64,000 bases of DNA from Paludibacteraceae bacterium. GTDB lineage: Bacteria > Bacteroidota > Bacteroidia > Bacteroidales > Paludibacteraceae. Below, in pieces: positions 8,172 through 17,173 of this stretch (position 1 is its first letter; the number at the start of each line of letters is the position of its first letter). The stretch covers positions 4,850 through 68,849 of the forward strand of contig JAGBRL010000100.1 in assembly GCA_017632345.1 (NCBI GenBank). The letters run 5' to 3'. The notes beneath the pieces are model-generated. The model was not told where the DNA came from, made no database searches, and saw only the letters and a program-made list of their open reading frames with translations. The position numbers were made by a program, and so were the translations under genes.

Positions 8172-8470
8172 TGAAAAGTGTATATTGTTGTGATTGTGTT
8201 GAATGTTAGTTAGTTGTGAAATTGAGAAGAACTAGTATTCTTTCTGGCAATGCTTTTCGCTTGGTTGTGTGTGAAAATATTCGCTTTTTTTTGATAATTC
8301 ACATAAAAAGATTAAATTTGAAAGAGCATCATTATTCATATTTAGGTGCAATGAATTTGAAAATATGTTGTACTTTAGTGAAATAGGTGTAGAAAAGAAG
8401 TTTAACTTGAAAACTAATAATTCGCGATATATCTGTGTAAGGTATAGTGTGTGCAAAAAAGAAGAAAAGT

Positions 8471-8764
8471 ATGGAATTGTTTGATTCGTTTTTAGATCTG
8501 GTAGATAAGTATGCAGGATTTGTCGTTGTGATAAAAGCATTGGCAAATCTGTCAATCTTTTATGTTTCTTATATAAACATTCGGAAATTGTTTTGGAAGA
8601 AGGTGGAGCTAAGTTGTGGTTCTTTCAAAATAAGACAAAAACATTTTACGGTTCAGAATGTGACCAATGTTGTAAGTCTGAAATATTATGACGGCGGTCT
8701 TGTTCCGAACGAAGTCCGCAAGGAGATTCTGAAAGTGACCTGCCCGAAGATAAAGGAGGTGTAG
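8471..8764 (+). CDS. Hypothetical small protein with one hydrophobic helix (weak call)
   Basis: This is the only ORF of any size in the AT-rich 8172-8900 junction. I use ATG 8471 (MELFDSFLDLVDKYAGFVVVIKALANLSIFYVSYINI..); the ORF track starts at GTG 8447. I recognise no family. Confidence 0.3.
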   Translation: MELFDSFLDLVDKYAGFVVVIKALANLSIFYVSYINIRKLFWKKVELSCGSFKIRQKHFTVQNVTNVVSLKYYDGGLVPNEVRKEILKVTCPKIKEV

Positions 8765-8903
8765 AGGATATTTTAAGGTTGCTTCTATAAAGGCGGTCAT
8801 TTTGGATTGCCAGACGACAAATCCCTGCAGATGTAGCTGGGAAGCGAATTGTACAGTGTAAACACGAAATAGGCTGGCGAATGCAGCGTCGGGCGAGATG
8901 TTT

Positions 8904-10034
8904 TCAGTCCACCCACATGAGTTCCGACATTATGCCGTCGGAGACGAATATGCCGTCTTCTGTTAGGCGGATGTTGCCGTTCTTGTCTTCTAATGTGCCG
9001 TTTTTGAGGAATGGGGCGGCGCTTTTTAGGCAGAAGTCGCGCATTTTTTCTCCGAACTTGGTCAGGAGGCTGTTTAGCGAGATGCCTTTTGCGGTGCGCA
9101 GCGATGTCATCACAAACTCGTTGTATCTGTCCGCTTCTGTCAAAACCTCTGTTTCGCACGGGAACACGCCTCTGGAGAGCGTCTCTATGTAGCCTCTCGT
9201 ATCTGCAACGTTCCAATGCCTTGAGTCGCCGTCGAAGGAGTGCGCGGCAGGTCCAATACCGAGGTATTTCGTGCCGTTCCAGTAAGAGGAGTTGTGCTTT
9301 GCCTCCAGTCCAGGTTTGGCAAAGTTAGAAATCTCGTAGTGTTCATATCCGGCGGCAAGAAGCGTCTGTCTCAACGTCCGGAACATCTCCACGCTCAGCT
9401 CCTCATTAACCGGAGCGATTTTTCCTTTCTGAGCCTGCAGGTATAGCACCGTTCCCTCTTCATAAGTAAGATGATAAGAAGATATATGCGGAACATCAAG
9501 AGCCACAGCCTTTTGCAGATTTTCCGACCAGCCCTCCAGTGTTTGCGAAGGCAGTCCGTATATAAGGTCTATGCTGATGTTCTCAAATCCTGCATCCTGA
9601 CACCTCTTCACCGCATCGATGGCGTCCTGCGCAGAGTGTTTTCTGTTTATAGCAGCAAGTTCCGTGTCCGAAAAGCTCTGTATGCCGATGCTTAGCCTGT
9701 TTATCGGCGTGCCTTTCAGACACTTCAGGAAGCTGTCCGAAAGGTTTTCCGGGTTAGCTTCCAGCGTGACTTCCGTTGTATCGAGGTCGAAGAGAGCCGC
9801 TGCGCGGTCTGTCAGTCTTGCAATTTCTCCGCAGGTCAGCAACGAGGGCGTTCCGCCGCCAAAATAGACCGTTTTCACCACCTCGTCTTGCAAGAAATCT
9901 TTTCGCAGAGCAAGTTCGTGCTCCACGGCGTCCAGATAAGCGTCGCGCAACGAATCGATATTGACCCGCGAGTAGAAATCGCAATAATAGCACTTGCTTT
10001 TGCAGAAAGGTACGTGAAAATATAGCCCAGCCAT
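8904..10034 (-). CDS. hemW: Radical SAM heme chaperone HemW / oxygen-independent coproporphyrinogen oxidase-like protein
   Basis: HVPFCKSKCYYCDF is a CxxxCxxC radical-SAM motif. The protein is ~376 aa with HemN-like C-terminal region. ATG 10034 overlaps the TGA of the upstream lipoprotein gene by 1 nt (TGATG). The GTG at 10037 is an alternative start. Confidence 0.85.
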   Translation of the reverse strand: MAGLYFHVPFCKSKCYYCDFYSRVNIDSLRDAYLDAVEHELALRKDFLQDEVVKTVYFGGGTPSLLTCGEIARLTDRAAALFDLDTTEVTLEANPENLSDSFLKCLKGTPINRLSIGIQSFSDTELAAINRKHSAQDAIDAVKRCQDAGFENISIDLIYGLPSQTLEGWSENLQKAVALDVPHISSYHLTYEEGTVLYLQAQKGKIAPVNEELSVEMFRTLRQTLLAAGYEHYEISNFAKPGLEAKHNSSYWNGTKYLGIGPAAHSFDGDSRHWNVADTRGYIETLSRGVFPCETEVLTEADRYNEFVMTSLRTAKGISLNSLLTKFGEKMRDFCLKSAAPFLKNGTLEDKNGNIRLTEDGIFVSDGIMSELMWVD

Positions 10035-10627
10035 CACTCTGTAACGTTTTTGTCTGACAAAGAAGCTTCAATCTCTCTGTAAAAAGGGATGTCGTTACGT
10101 TTGAAACGCATCTGGCACTGAGCGTCGTCCACCGCTTTTTTCACAGTGCTCATGTAGCCGTCTATAGAGCCGTCTTTCTCCAGCAGTTCCAAAGTCTCGT
10201 CCTTTTGCAGATAAAGCACAAGTTCGTCGTTCTCTAATTTCACGTAAAGATAAGGCGCGTAATAGCCCAAAAACTCTTCGTCTTCCAAATGCAAGATATA
10301 GCCATCTAACGTGTAATTGCTTTGCCTGACGTACGGCGGCACGTCGTCCGAGTCAACTCTGACTCTGAACACAACACCGTCAGCGAAGTATAGATTAGAA
10401 CGAGCCGATTTCTCGTTCAGTTTATTGTTAAGTTCGTCTCTGTAAGTTTCCAGAATCATTGAGTAAAAAGAGTTTTCAGCATCTATTATCGCATTTGTGC
10501 TGTGAATGCCCCAGCCACCCTGCAAGTCGCTTTCGCTCACCTCAGTTTTTTCGATTCCGGGCACGTCCTCGTTGCTGCAAGATGTCACAAGAAAAACTGT
10601 CATTATAAGAGTAAACCAAATCCTCAT
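10034..10627 (-). CDS. Hypothetical lipoprotein
   Basis: MRIWFTLIMTVFLVTSCSNED is a signal peptide plus lipobox Cys. I chose ATG 10627. The longer ORF-track start at 10684 adds a non-signal-like leader. Confidence 0.6.
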   Translation of the reverse strand: MRIWFTLIMTVFLVTSCSNEDVPGIEKTEVSESDLQGGWGIHSTNAIIDAENSFYSMILETYRDELNNKLNEKSARSNLYFADGVVFRVRVDSDDVPPYVRQSNYTLDGYILHLEDEEFLGYYAPYLYVKLENDELVLYLQKDETLELLEKDGSIDGYMSTVKKAVDDAQCQMRFKRNDIPFYREIEASLSDKNVTE

Positions 10628-10697
10628 AACCGTAAAAATTAAATTCCGCGTAAAAATACAATTTAAAGTTAAAAAACGGAGCAAAAATTAAGGTGAG

Positions 10698-10859
10698 TTC
10701 TATAAATTTGTTGTTCCTCTGCCTGGAAAGCAGCACAAAGCGTAGCGATGGTAACCCGTGACGAAGTCTCGGGCGAGAGAGGTGTAATGAAAACCAGTCT
10801 GGAAGGCAGCGCCAAAATTCTTTGCAGTATTACGTCTTAAGAAATCGTAATTTATAGAA
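10698..10859. repeat. Copy A of a conserved hairpin-rich intergenic element (paralog at 34038-34199)
   Basis: It is bracketed by TTCTATAAATT (10698-10708) and AATTTATAGAA (10849-10859). The core GTTCCTCTGCCTGGAAAGCAGCACAAAGCGTAGCGATGGTAACCCGTGACGAAGTCTCGGGC matches copy B at 58 of 62 positions by my count. Confidence 0.7.
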
Positions 10860-10957
10860 ATCTAAGCTAAGGGGCGTGTCAGTCTGAAAAAAGAAAGCGC
10901 GAACCGCATAAAATGCAGTTCACGCCAAATTCACAAATAATCAAAACAATCAATTCA

Positions 10958-12071
10958 TTACTCTTCTCCGCCGAACTCCATCAGATACGCCTTAATGAAC
11001 GCGTCAATGTCTCCGTCCATAACAGCTTGGACGTTAGAAGTCTGGTAGTCCGTTCTATGGTCTTTCACACGTCTGTCGTCAAACACGTAACTTCTGATTT
11101 GCGAACCCCATTCGATTTTTTTCTTGCCAGCCTCAATCTTAGCGCTTGCAGCTCTTCGCTTGGCAAGTTCCTTTTCGTATAGCTGAGACTTCAAGAGACG
11201 CATAGCGTTATCTTTGTTGCCGAACTGCGAACGGCTTTCGGTGTTTTCGATCACAATCTCTTCAGTTTCACCAGTGTCCTCGTCTTTGTACAAGTAATGC
11301 AGACGCACCCCTGTTTCCACCTTGTTCACGTTCTGACCGCCAGCGCCGCTTGAGCGGAAAGTGTCCCATGACAAGTTAGCCGGATTGACCTCCACTTCGA
11401 TAGAGTCGTCCACCAGCGGCACCACAAACACCGAGGTGAAAGATGTCATACGTTTTCCCTGCGCGTTGAACGGAGATACGCGCACAAGTCTGTGCACGCC
11501 GTTTTCGCTCTTCAGGTATCCGTAGGCCATATCGCCTTCAATCTGCAGCGTAACGGTCTTTATGCCCGCTTCGTCGCCCTCTTGAAAGTTAGTCAGCTCG
11601 CATTTGTAACCCTGACGTTCGGCCCAGCGCTGATACATACGGTAAAGCATGCTAGCCCAGTCCTGAGCCTCTGTTCCGCCGGCGCCAGCCACGATTTTGA
11701 GAACAGCGCCCATCTTGTCTTCCTCTTTGCGGAGCATGTTCTTCATCTCAAGGTCTTCTGTGCTGGTGAGAGCCTTTTCGTAAACAGCGTCAACCTCGTC
11801 TTCGGTCATCGCCCCCTCTTTGCAGAAGTCAAAAGCGAGTTCCAGCTCGTTGCACACATCCTCCACCTCATTGTAAAGTTCGACCCATTTCTTCAGGTCC
11901 TTCACCTTCTTCATCTGAGCCTCCGCGCGCTTCTGGTCCTCCCAAAATCCGGGGTCCTGAGTTCTTAGTTCTTCTTCTTCAATTTGTACAATCTTTGCAT
12001 CGATGTCAAAGATACCTCCTCAACGCAGACTTGCGTTCCAACAAATTCTTCAGTTGGTCTATCGTTATCAT
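10958..12071 (-). CDS. prfB: Peptide chain release factor 2, requires programmed +1 frameshift
   Basis: ATG 12071 gives MITIDQLKNLLERKSALRRYL, then an in-frame TGA (12008-12006). The +1 frame continues DIDAKIVQIEEEELRTQDPGFWEDQKRAEAQMKKVKDL.. into ORF 10958-11914, which contains SGAGGQNVNKVETG (GGQ motif). Confidence 0.93.
12005..12020 (-). other. RF2 recoding site AGGAGG TAT CTT TGA C (SD-like element plus slippery CUU-UGA-C)
   Basis: Read directly on the minus strand. AGGAGG is at 12020-12015, CTT at 12011-12009, TGA at 12008-12006 and C at 12005. Confidence 0.9.
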
Positions 12072-12116
12072 ATTATAAAATAAATTATTAATTATACTTT
12101 AGGTAACTTCTCTAAA

Positions 12117-13925
12117 TCACGAATACATCTCCTCTATCTCTTTGGCGTAGTGTTCGTTTATCACTTTGCGCTTCAGTTTGAGCGTAGGAGTCAGTTCGCC
12201 GCTGTCGATAGTGAAAGGGGCTTTCAGCAGAGTTATCTTCTTCACCTGCTCATATCCGGCAAGGTCGGTCTGAAGCGCCTTTACTCTGCCTTCGTAGAAC
12301 TTTATGATCTTGTCGTTGCTCAACAAATCTTTAAGCGAGTCGAACTTTATCTTTGCGTTCGTCGCGTACTCTTTAAGCGAGTCGTAAGCAGGGACAATCA
12401 AAGCCGACACAAACTTGCGCTGGTCGCCAATGGCGGCAACCTGGTCTATGTACTTGTCAACCACAAGTTTGTTCTCTATCTGTTGCGGAGCGATATATTT
12501 TCCGTTAGATGTTTTGAAAAGTTCCTTTATTCTTTCCGTGATATAGAGTCTGCCATTTTCGTCAATGCGTCCGGCGTCGCCTGTTCTGAACCATCCGTCG
12601 ATGAAGGCCTCTTTGTTAGCCTCCGGCTTGTTGTAATATCCGGACGTGATTGTTTTGCCTCTGAGCAATATTTCATCGTTTTCGCCAATCTTTACTTCGA
12701 CCTCCGGCATGATGTCGCCAACAGACTGGACCGTGTAGTCTCTGTTATGAGGGTTGAAGCAAGACACCGTTGCCGTGGACTCTGTAAGACCGTAGCCTGC
12801 AACAAGGTTTATGCCCACGCTGTGCAAGAAGATGTTCATCTCGTCAACAACCTGAGAGCCGGCGCAAGGGAATATGTTGCCGTTTTCTATGCCGATTGCC
12901 TTTTTTAAGATTTTGAACAATGTGGCAGACCAAAACTTATACTGCAGTTTAAGCAAGGCCGGAGCCTCCAGATTGTTTGCCCGATAGTCTATGTTATAAC
13001 GCTTGCCGACAGCGATAGCCCTATGCGCAAGTTTCTGCAGGAACGGCGAGAAACTGTCTATCTTATCGTTCACGCCAGCGTAAACCTTCTCCCAGAATCG
13101 AGGGACGGCGCACATTGCGGTAGGCCTTACCTCCTTCAGCGTCTTCTGAATGTCGGCAGGATTATGGTTCACGTAAATAGTCATACCCTTGTGCAGACAA
13201 TAGTATGTCCATGCGCGTTCGAACACGTGGCTCAGCGGCAGGAAGCACAGCGACACGTCCTTGTCCGACACAGTCACAAGGCGTTCGTCGTGAATCTTCA
13301 TAGCCTGCACATAATTATGATTGTAAAGCATCACCCCTTTGGGTTCGCCGGTTGTTCCGGATGTGTATATGAGAGTGGCAAGGTCGTCGCCATCCATACG
13401 AGCCTGACGGTCTGCAAGTTCTGTCTCGGCAGACTTGGACTCTTCTCCATGAAGGAGGAAGTTTGAGTAAGATATAGATGAGTCCACGCCTCTCAAATCG
13501 ACAGACGGGTCTATCGTGATGATTCTCTTCAAAAACTTAGATGTTTTCAGAACCTCGACAGCCTTGTCGTACTGATACTGCTCTCCAACGAACAGCACAC
13601 CGATCTCTGCGTCGTTCACAATATACTCTATCTGAGAGACAGACGATGTTGCGTACATAGGCACAGCAGTTGCCTTGATGTTCTGAAGCGCAAGGTCAAC
13701 AGTAATAATCTCATGCATGTTCTGTGAAAAGATGGCAACTTTTTCCTTCTCCTTCACACCAATCTCGATGAGTGCCTTGGCCGCCAGCTTTACCTGTTCC
13801 GCCAGTTTGTTCCACGATATGCCGTCCCAGTTTCCTGAAACGTTGTTTTTGTATTTAAGGACAATGCGTTCTCCGTACTTTTTAGCGTTCAGAAACACCA
13901 TTTGCCCCATATTGTTATATTCCAT
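12117..13925 (-). CDS. AMP-dependent synthetase / long-chain-fatty-acid--CoA ligase
   Basis: LIYTSGTTGEPKGVML (AMP-binding motif I) and GWFRTGDAGRIDENGRLYITERIKELFKTSNGKYIAP. Confidence 0.85.
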   Translation of the reverse strand: MEYNNMGQMVFLNAKKYGERIVLKYKNNVSGNWDGISWNKLAEQVKLAAKALIEIGVKEKEKVAIFSQNMHEIITVDLALQNIKATAVPMYATSSVSQIEYIVNDAEIGVLFVGEQYQYDKAVEVLKTSKFLKRIITIDPSVDLRGVDSSISYSNFLLHGEESKSAETELADRQARMDGDDLATLIYTSGTTGEPKGVMLYNHNYVQAMKIHDERLVTVSDKDVSLCFLPLSHVFERAWTYYCLHKGMTIYVNHNPADIQKTLKEVRPTAMCAVPRFWEKVYAGVNDKIDSFSPFLQKLAHRAIAVGKRYNIDYRANNLEAPALLKLQYKFWSATLFKILKKAIGIENGNIFPCAGSQVVDEMNIFLHSVGINLVAGYGLTESTATVSCFNPHNRDYTVQSVGDIMPEVEVKIGENDEILLRGKTITSGYYNKPEANKEAFIDGWFRTGDAGRIDENGRLYITERIKELFKTSNGKYIAPQQIENKLVVDKYIDQVAAIGDQRKFVSALIVPAYDSLKEYATNAKIKFDSLKDLLSNDKIIKFYEGRVKALQTDLAGYEQVKKITLLKAPFTIDSGELTPTLKLKRKVINEHYAKEIEEMYS

Positions 13926-13945
13926 AAAAATATATTTGCATCCCT

Positions 13946-14752
13946 TTACGTGAACTGAACAGCAGTCTTGCCGTTGTTGATCTCGGGATTATTGTTTCCA
14001 GCCGAAATGTAGAAGTCTCCGTTCTCTTTCACTCTTTTGAACGCCACTTTTGACGCCACTTGCTGAGACTCCTTCTTTGTGTAGCCTACGCCTTCGCCGG
14101 CCTTGACTCCGTTCACAATGACCTGAGTTTGGAAAATAGGATTGTTGTCCTTGTCCATACTCTCCTCTATGAGGTCAAAAACAAGGCTTGCCTTGTTCTT
14201 TTGGCTCCACTCTATAAGTCTTGATTTGAAGTTGATTTCCTGACGAGCCATCTTATTGATGTTCAAGTGCTTGGCGATAACGGCGTCAGCAATAAATTCT
14301 TTGCATTTTTCATAGCCCCTGTCAAGGTAAACTGCTCCGACAAGCGCTTCGAGCGCATTGCCATATACGTTGATGTTATGGGAGTTGCTTTTGTGAGACA
14401 CAGAAACGTGCTTGTCCAGACCCATCTCCAGCGCAACCCTGTTCAAAGTTTCTCTCTGAACAATTTTTGCCCTCAGATTAGTGAGGAAGCCCTCTTTCTC
14501 CTTCTTGTACTTATAGTACAGAATATCCGCAACAACGGCGGCAAGCATGGCGTCTCCCAGAAACTCCAGCCTTTCGTTGTTGAGTTTACGTCCGTTCTCG
14601 TCCTTTGCAGCCGTTGATCTGTGTTTCAGGGCAAGTTCGTAGTAAAACAAGTCCTTGGGATAAAACCCCAATATGTCACGCAACAAAAGATAAGGCTCTT
14701 GACGACGACGCGTCATGAAGAGCCTTACCTTTGATATCAGATTTTTAATCAC
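13946..14752 (-). CDS. rnc: Ribonuclease III
   Basis: ERLEFLGDAML signature, plus a C-terminal dsRNA-binding region (GVGYTKKESQQVASKVA). Confidence 0.9.
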   Translation of the reverse strand: MIKNLISKVRLFMTRRRQEPYLLLRDILGFYPKDLFYYELALKHRSTAAKDENGRKLNNERLEFLGDAMLAAVVADILYYKYKKEKEGFLTNLRAKIVQRETLNRVALEMGLDKHVSVSHKSNSHNINVYGNALEALVGAVYLDRGYEKCKEFIADAVIAKHLNINKMARQEINFKSRLIEWSQKNKASLVFDLIEESMDKDNNPIFQTQVIVNGVKAGEGVGYTKKESQQVASKVAFKRVKENGDFYISAGNNNPEINNGKTAVQFT

Positions 14753-14832
14753 TATCTTAGAATCCTTTTTTTATATCTAAAATAATATATTATTCCAACA
14801 AATCGTAAAAAAGAACCGTCAAAAAACGCTTT

Positions 14833-16095
14833 TTATTTTGCAAATTTCTTGACAATAATAGAAGAATTGTGACCGCCAAAGCCAAATGTGTTAGACAACG
14901 CCGCACGCACAACCCTCTGCTGAGGCTTGTTGAACGTAAAGTTCAGGTTAGCGTCCACATCCGGATCTTCGTCGCCCTCTGCATGATTGATAGTCGGAGG
15001 GATAACATCGTTCTTCACAGCCAACACGCTCGCGATAGCCTCGATAGCGCCAGTAGCGCCAAGGAGGTGACCGGTCATAGACTTAGTTGAGCTGATGTTC
15101 AATTTGTACGCATGCTCGCCAAAGACTTCCTTGATTGCCTTAACTTCAGAAGGGTCTCCCACCGGAGTAGAAGTGCCGTGCACGTTGATATAGTCGATTT
15201 CGTCGGCGTTCATCTCAGCGTCCTTCAGAGCGTTTCTCATAACCAGCGTAGCCCCCAGCCCTTCAGGGTGAGTCGCAGTCATGTGATAAGCGTCTGCCGA
15301 AGCTCCGCAGCCAACAACCTCTGCATATATCTTTGCGCCACGCTTCAAAGCGTGCTCAAGCTCTTCAAGCACCAAACTTCCGGAACCCTCGCCCATGACA
15401 AATCCGTCGCGAGACTTGCTGAACGGACGCGAAGCGTGTTCAGGGTCGTCGTTACGAGTAGAAAGGGCGTGCATAGAATTGAAGCCGCCGACACCGCCAG
15501 CAGTGATAGCAGCCTCCGCGCCGCCAGCCACGATAGCGTCTGCCTTGCCCAAACGGATAAGGTCGAACGCCACGCTGATTGCGTGCGTAGAAGAGGCACA
15601 AGCCGACACAGTACCGAAGTTAGGACCGCGGAAACCGTACATCATAGAGATGTGGCCTGCTGCTATGTCTCCAATCATCTTAGGGATGAAGAAAGGGTTG
15701 AATCTAGGAATGCGCTCTTCAGACGCATAGAAACCGCCAACTTCCTGCTCGAAAGTGGCGATACCACCTATACCGGCAGCGAAAATGACACCTACACGGT
15801 CCTTATCCACTGCCTCCATATCGAAACCAGCGTCCTCCACGCTCTCTTTTGCCGCCGCAATGGCGAACTGAGCGTAACGGTCGTATTTGCGAACTTCCTT
15901 CTTCTCGAAATACTTCAAAGGGTCGAAGTTCTTGACCTCGCAGGCAAACTGGGTCTTAAATTTCGAAGCGTCGAAAAGAGTAATAGGCCCAGCCCCGCTT
16001 ACTCCTTTCAGCAATGAGTCCCAATACTCGGAAACACTGTTGCCAATAGGCGTAACCGCGCCCAGACCTGTTACTACTACTCGTTTTAATTCCAT
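14833..16095 (-). CDS. fabF: Beta-ketoacyl-ACP synthase II
   Basis: Active-site Cys in SACASSTHAI, plus HGTSTPVGD and NTFGFGGHNSS. It lies immediately downstream of acpP. Confidence 0.93.
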   Translation of the reverse strand: MELKRVVVTGLGAVTPIGNSVSEYWDSLLKGVSGAGPITLFDASKFKTQFACEVKNFDPLKYFEKKEVRKYDRYAQFAIAAAKESVEDAGFDMEAVDKDRVGVIFAAGIGGIATFEQEVGGFYASEERIPRFNPFFIPKMIGDIAAGHISMMYGFRGPNFGTVSACASSTHAISVAFDLIRLGKADAIVAGGAEAAITAGGVGGFNSMHALSTRNDDPEHASRPFSKSRDGFVMGEGSGSLVLEELEHALKRGAKIYAEVVGCGASADAYHMTATHPEGLGATLVMRNALKDAEMNADEIDYINVHGTSTPVGDPSEVKAIKEVFGEHAYKLNISSTKSMTGHLLGATGAIEAIASVLAVKNDVIPPTINHAEGDEDPDVDANLNFTFNKPQQRVVRAALSNTFGFGGHNSSIIVKKFAK

Positions 16096-16121
16096 ACTTT
16101 ACAAAAAGTAAAAAACTAAAT

Positions 16122-16364
16122 TTATTCTGCTTTCGCCAATGACTCAATGTGAGCGATAGCGTCACCTACTGTTGAAATCTTTTCTGCTTCATCGTCTGGA
16201 ATTGTTACTCCGAATTCCTTTTCGAATTCCATAATTAATTCAACAGTGTCAAGAGAGTCTGCTCCCAAATCGTTTGTGAAACTTGCTTCTGGTGTTACTT
16301 CTGTTTCTTCTACACCTAGCTTGTCAACAATGATAGCTTTTACTCTTGATGCAACTTCTGACAT
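16122..16364 (-). CDS. acpP: Acyl carrier protein
   Basis: 80 aa with the [16 protein letters not shown] phosphopantetheine-attachment motif. Confidence 0.95.
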   Translation of the reverse strand: MSEVASRVKAIIVDKLGVEETEVTPEASFTNDLGADSLDTVELIMEFEKEFGVTIPDDEAEKISTVGDAIAHIESLAKAE

Positions 16365-16551
16365 AATCTTAATTTTTTAGTTAATAAATAAAATACTATT
16401 TTTGCGATGCAAAGTAAGAAAATTAAATTGAGATAAAATAACTTTTATCAATATATTTTTAAAAAAATTGCACACTTTTTTTGAAAATGAGCATTTTTTC
16501 AACTTTGTTAACTTACTTAATTTATTATATATCAATCAGATAATATTGAAA

Positions 16552-17118
16552 ATGAAAAATGTAGCAATTTTGGCTTCGGGGTCCGGAAGTAACGCAGAAA
16601 ATATTATAAAACACTTTTCTGGCAGCAAAGATGTGCACATTCCGTTTGTTTTGTGCAACAAAAAAGATGCCTTCGTTCATGAAAGAGCGAAGAGTTTGGG
16701 CGTGAAATCTATGACTTTTTCTAAAAATGAGTTGGAAAATGGTGAAATTTTGAATCTTTTGAAGCGTGAAAATATAGATTTTATTGTTCTTGCCGGATTT
16801 CTTCTGAAGATTCCTGCTGAGTGGGTCGAGGCTTTCCAGAACAGAATCGTGAATATTCATCCTGCGCTTTTGCCTAAGTTCGGCGGAAAAGGGATGTACG
16901 GCATGAGAGTGCACGAGGCGGTTGTGGCAAACGGCGAGAAGGAGAGCGGCATCACAATTCACTACGTGAACGAGGTTTACGACTCTGGAGCGATAATCTT
17001 CCAGGCTAAATGCGATGTTTTGCCGACAGACTCTCCGGAGGATGTGGCGAACAAAGTGCATGCTCTTGAGTATGAGCATTTCCCTCGCGTGATTGAGGAG
17101 GTCCTGAATAAGTTATGA
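16552..17118 (+). CDS. purN: Phosphoribosylglycinamide formyltransferase
   Basis: MKNVAILASGSGSNAENI and NIHPALLPKFGGKGMYG. I chose the ATG at 16552; the ORF-track start at 16468 adds an AT-rich leader. Confidence 0.88.
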   Translation: MKNVAILASGSGSNAENIIKHFSGSKDVHIPFVLCNKKDAFVHERAKSLGVKSMTFSKNELENGEILNLLKRENIDFIVLAGFLLKIPAEWVEAFQNRIVNIHPALLPKFGGKGMYGMRVHEAVVANGEKESGITIHYVNEVYDSGAIIFQAKCDVLPTDSPEDVANKVHALEYEHFPRVIEEVLNKL

Positions 17119-17173
17119 TACAAGAGAGGGGAGCGGTCAAAACTAATAAGGTTGCGATGCTCCCTCTTTCTCT

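Noticed and set aside
8797-9328. Arg/Pro-rich ORFs 8797-9216 (-), 8881-9192 (+) and 9011-9328 (+) overlapping the hemW 3' half
   Set aside because: They are alternative frames of hemW with strongly biased composition and no start context. The hemW frame carries the radical-SAM and HemN-like motifs.
10628-10684. Longer start (10684) for the lipoprotein gene, and longer start (57739) for uppS
   Set aside because: The extensions add non-signal-like or unconserved residues. In uppS the extension would also overlap the upstream gene by 44 nt. The internal ATGs at 10627 and 57685 give canonical N-termini.
10698-10859. Assigning elements A/B to a known riboswitch or housekeeping RNA (cobalamin, SAM, TPP, c-di-GMP, Mn, fluoride, ZTP, guanidine, NiCo, SRP, 6S)
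   Set aside because: Only superficial resemblances exist. For example, GAAAACCTGCC looks a little like the B12 box. The defining cores (GGGAA/GCCACTG for cobalamin, and so on) are absent. Two copies also argue against SRP or RNase P-type genes. I left it unclassified pending a covariance-model search.
12150-12908. Long opposite-strand or off-frame ORFs inside well-supported genes. These are 12150-12908, 13023-13466, 15112-16017, 16525-17079, 18689-19213, 19993-20775, 21523-22221, 24542-25450, 27692-28474, 29934-30626, 31047-31649, 31920-32423, 37494-38144, 37762-38679, 40777-41421, 41449-42207, 47342-47965, 51993-52517, 59088-59765, 59956-60585, 61227-61937 and 62096-63355.
   Set aside because: Each lies antisense to, or out of frame with, a gene that has clear family motifs. 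Their translations are low-complexity or Arg/Leu/Ser-rich with no recognisable motifs. These are typical shadow ORFs of mid-G+C coding DNA.
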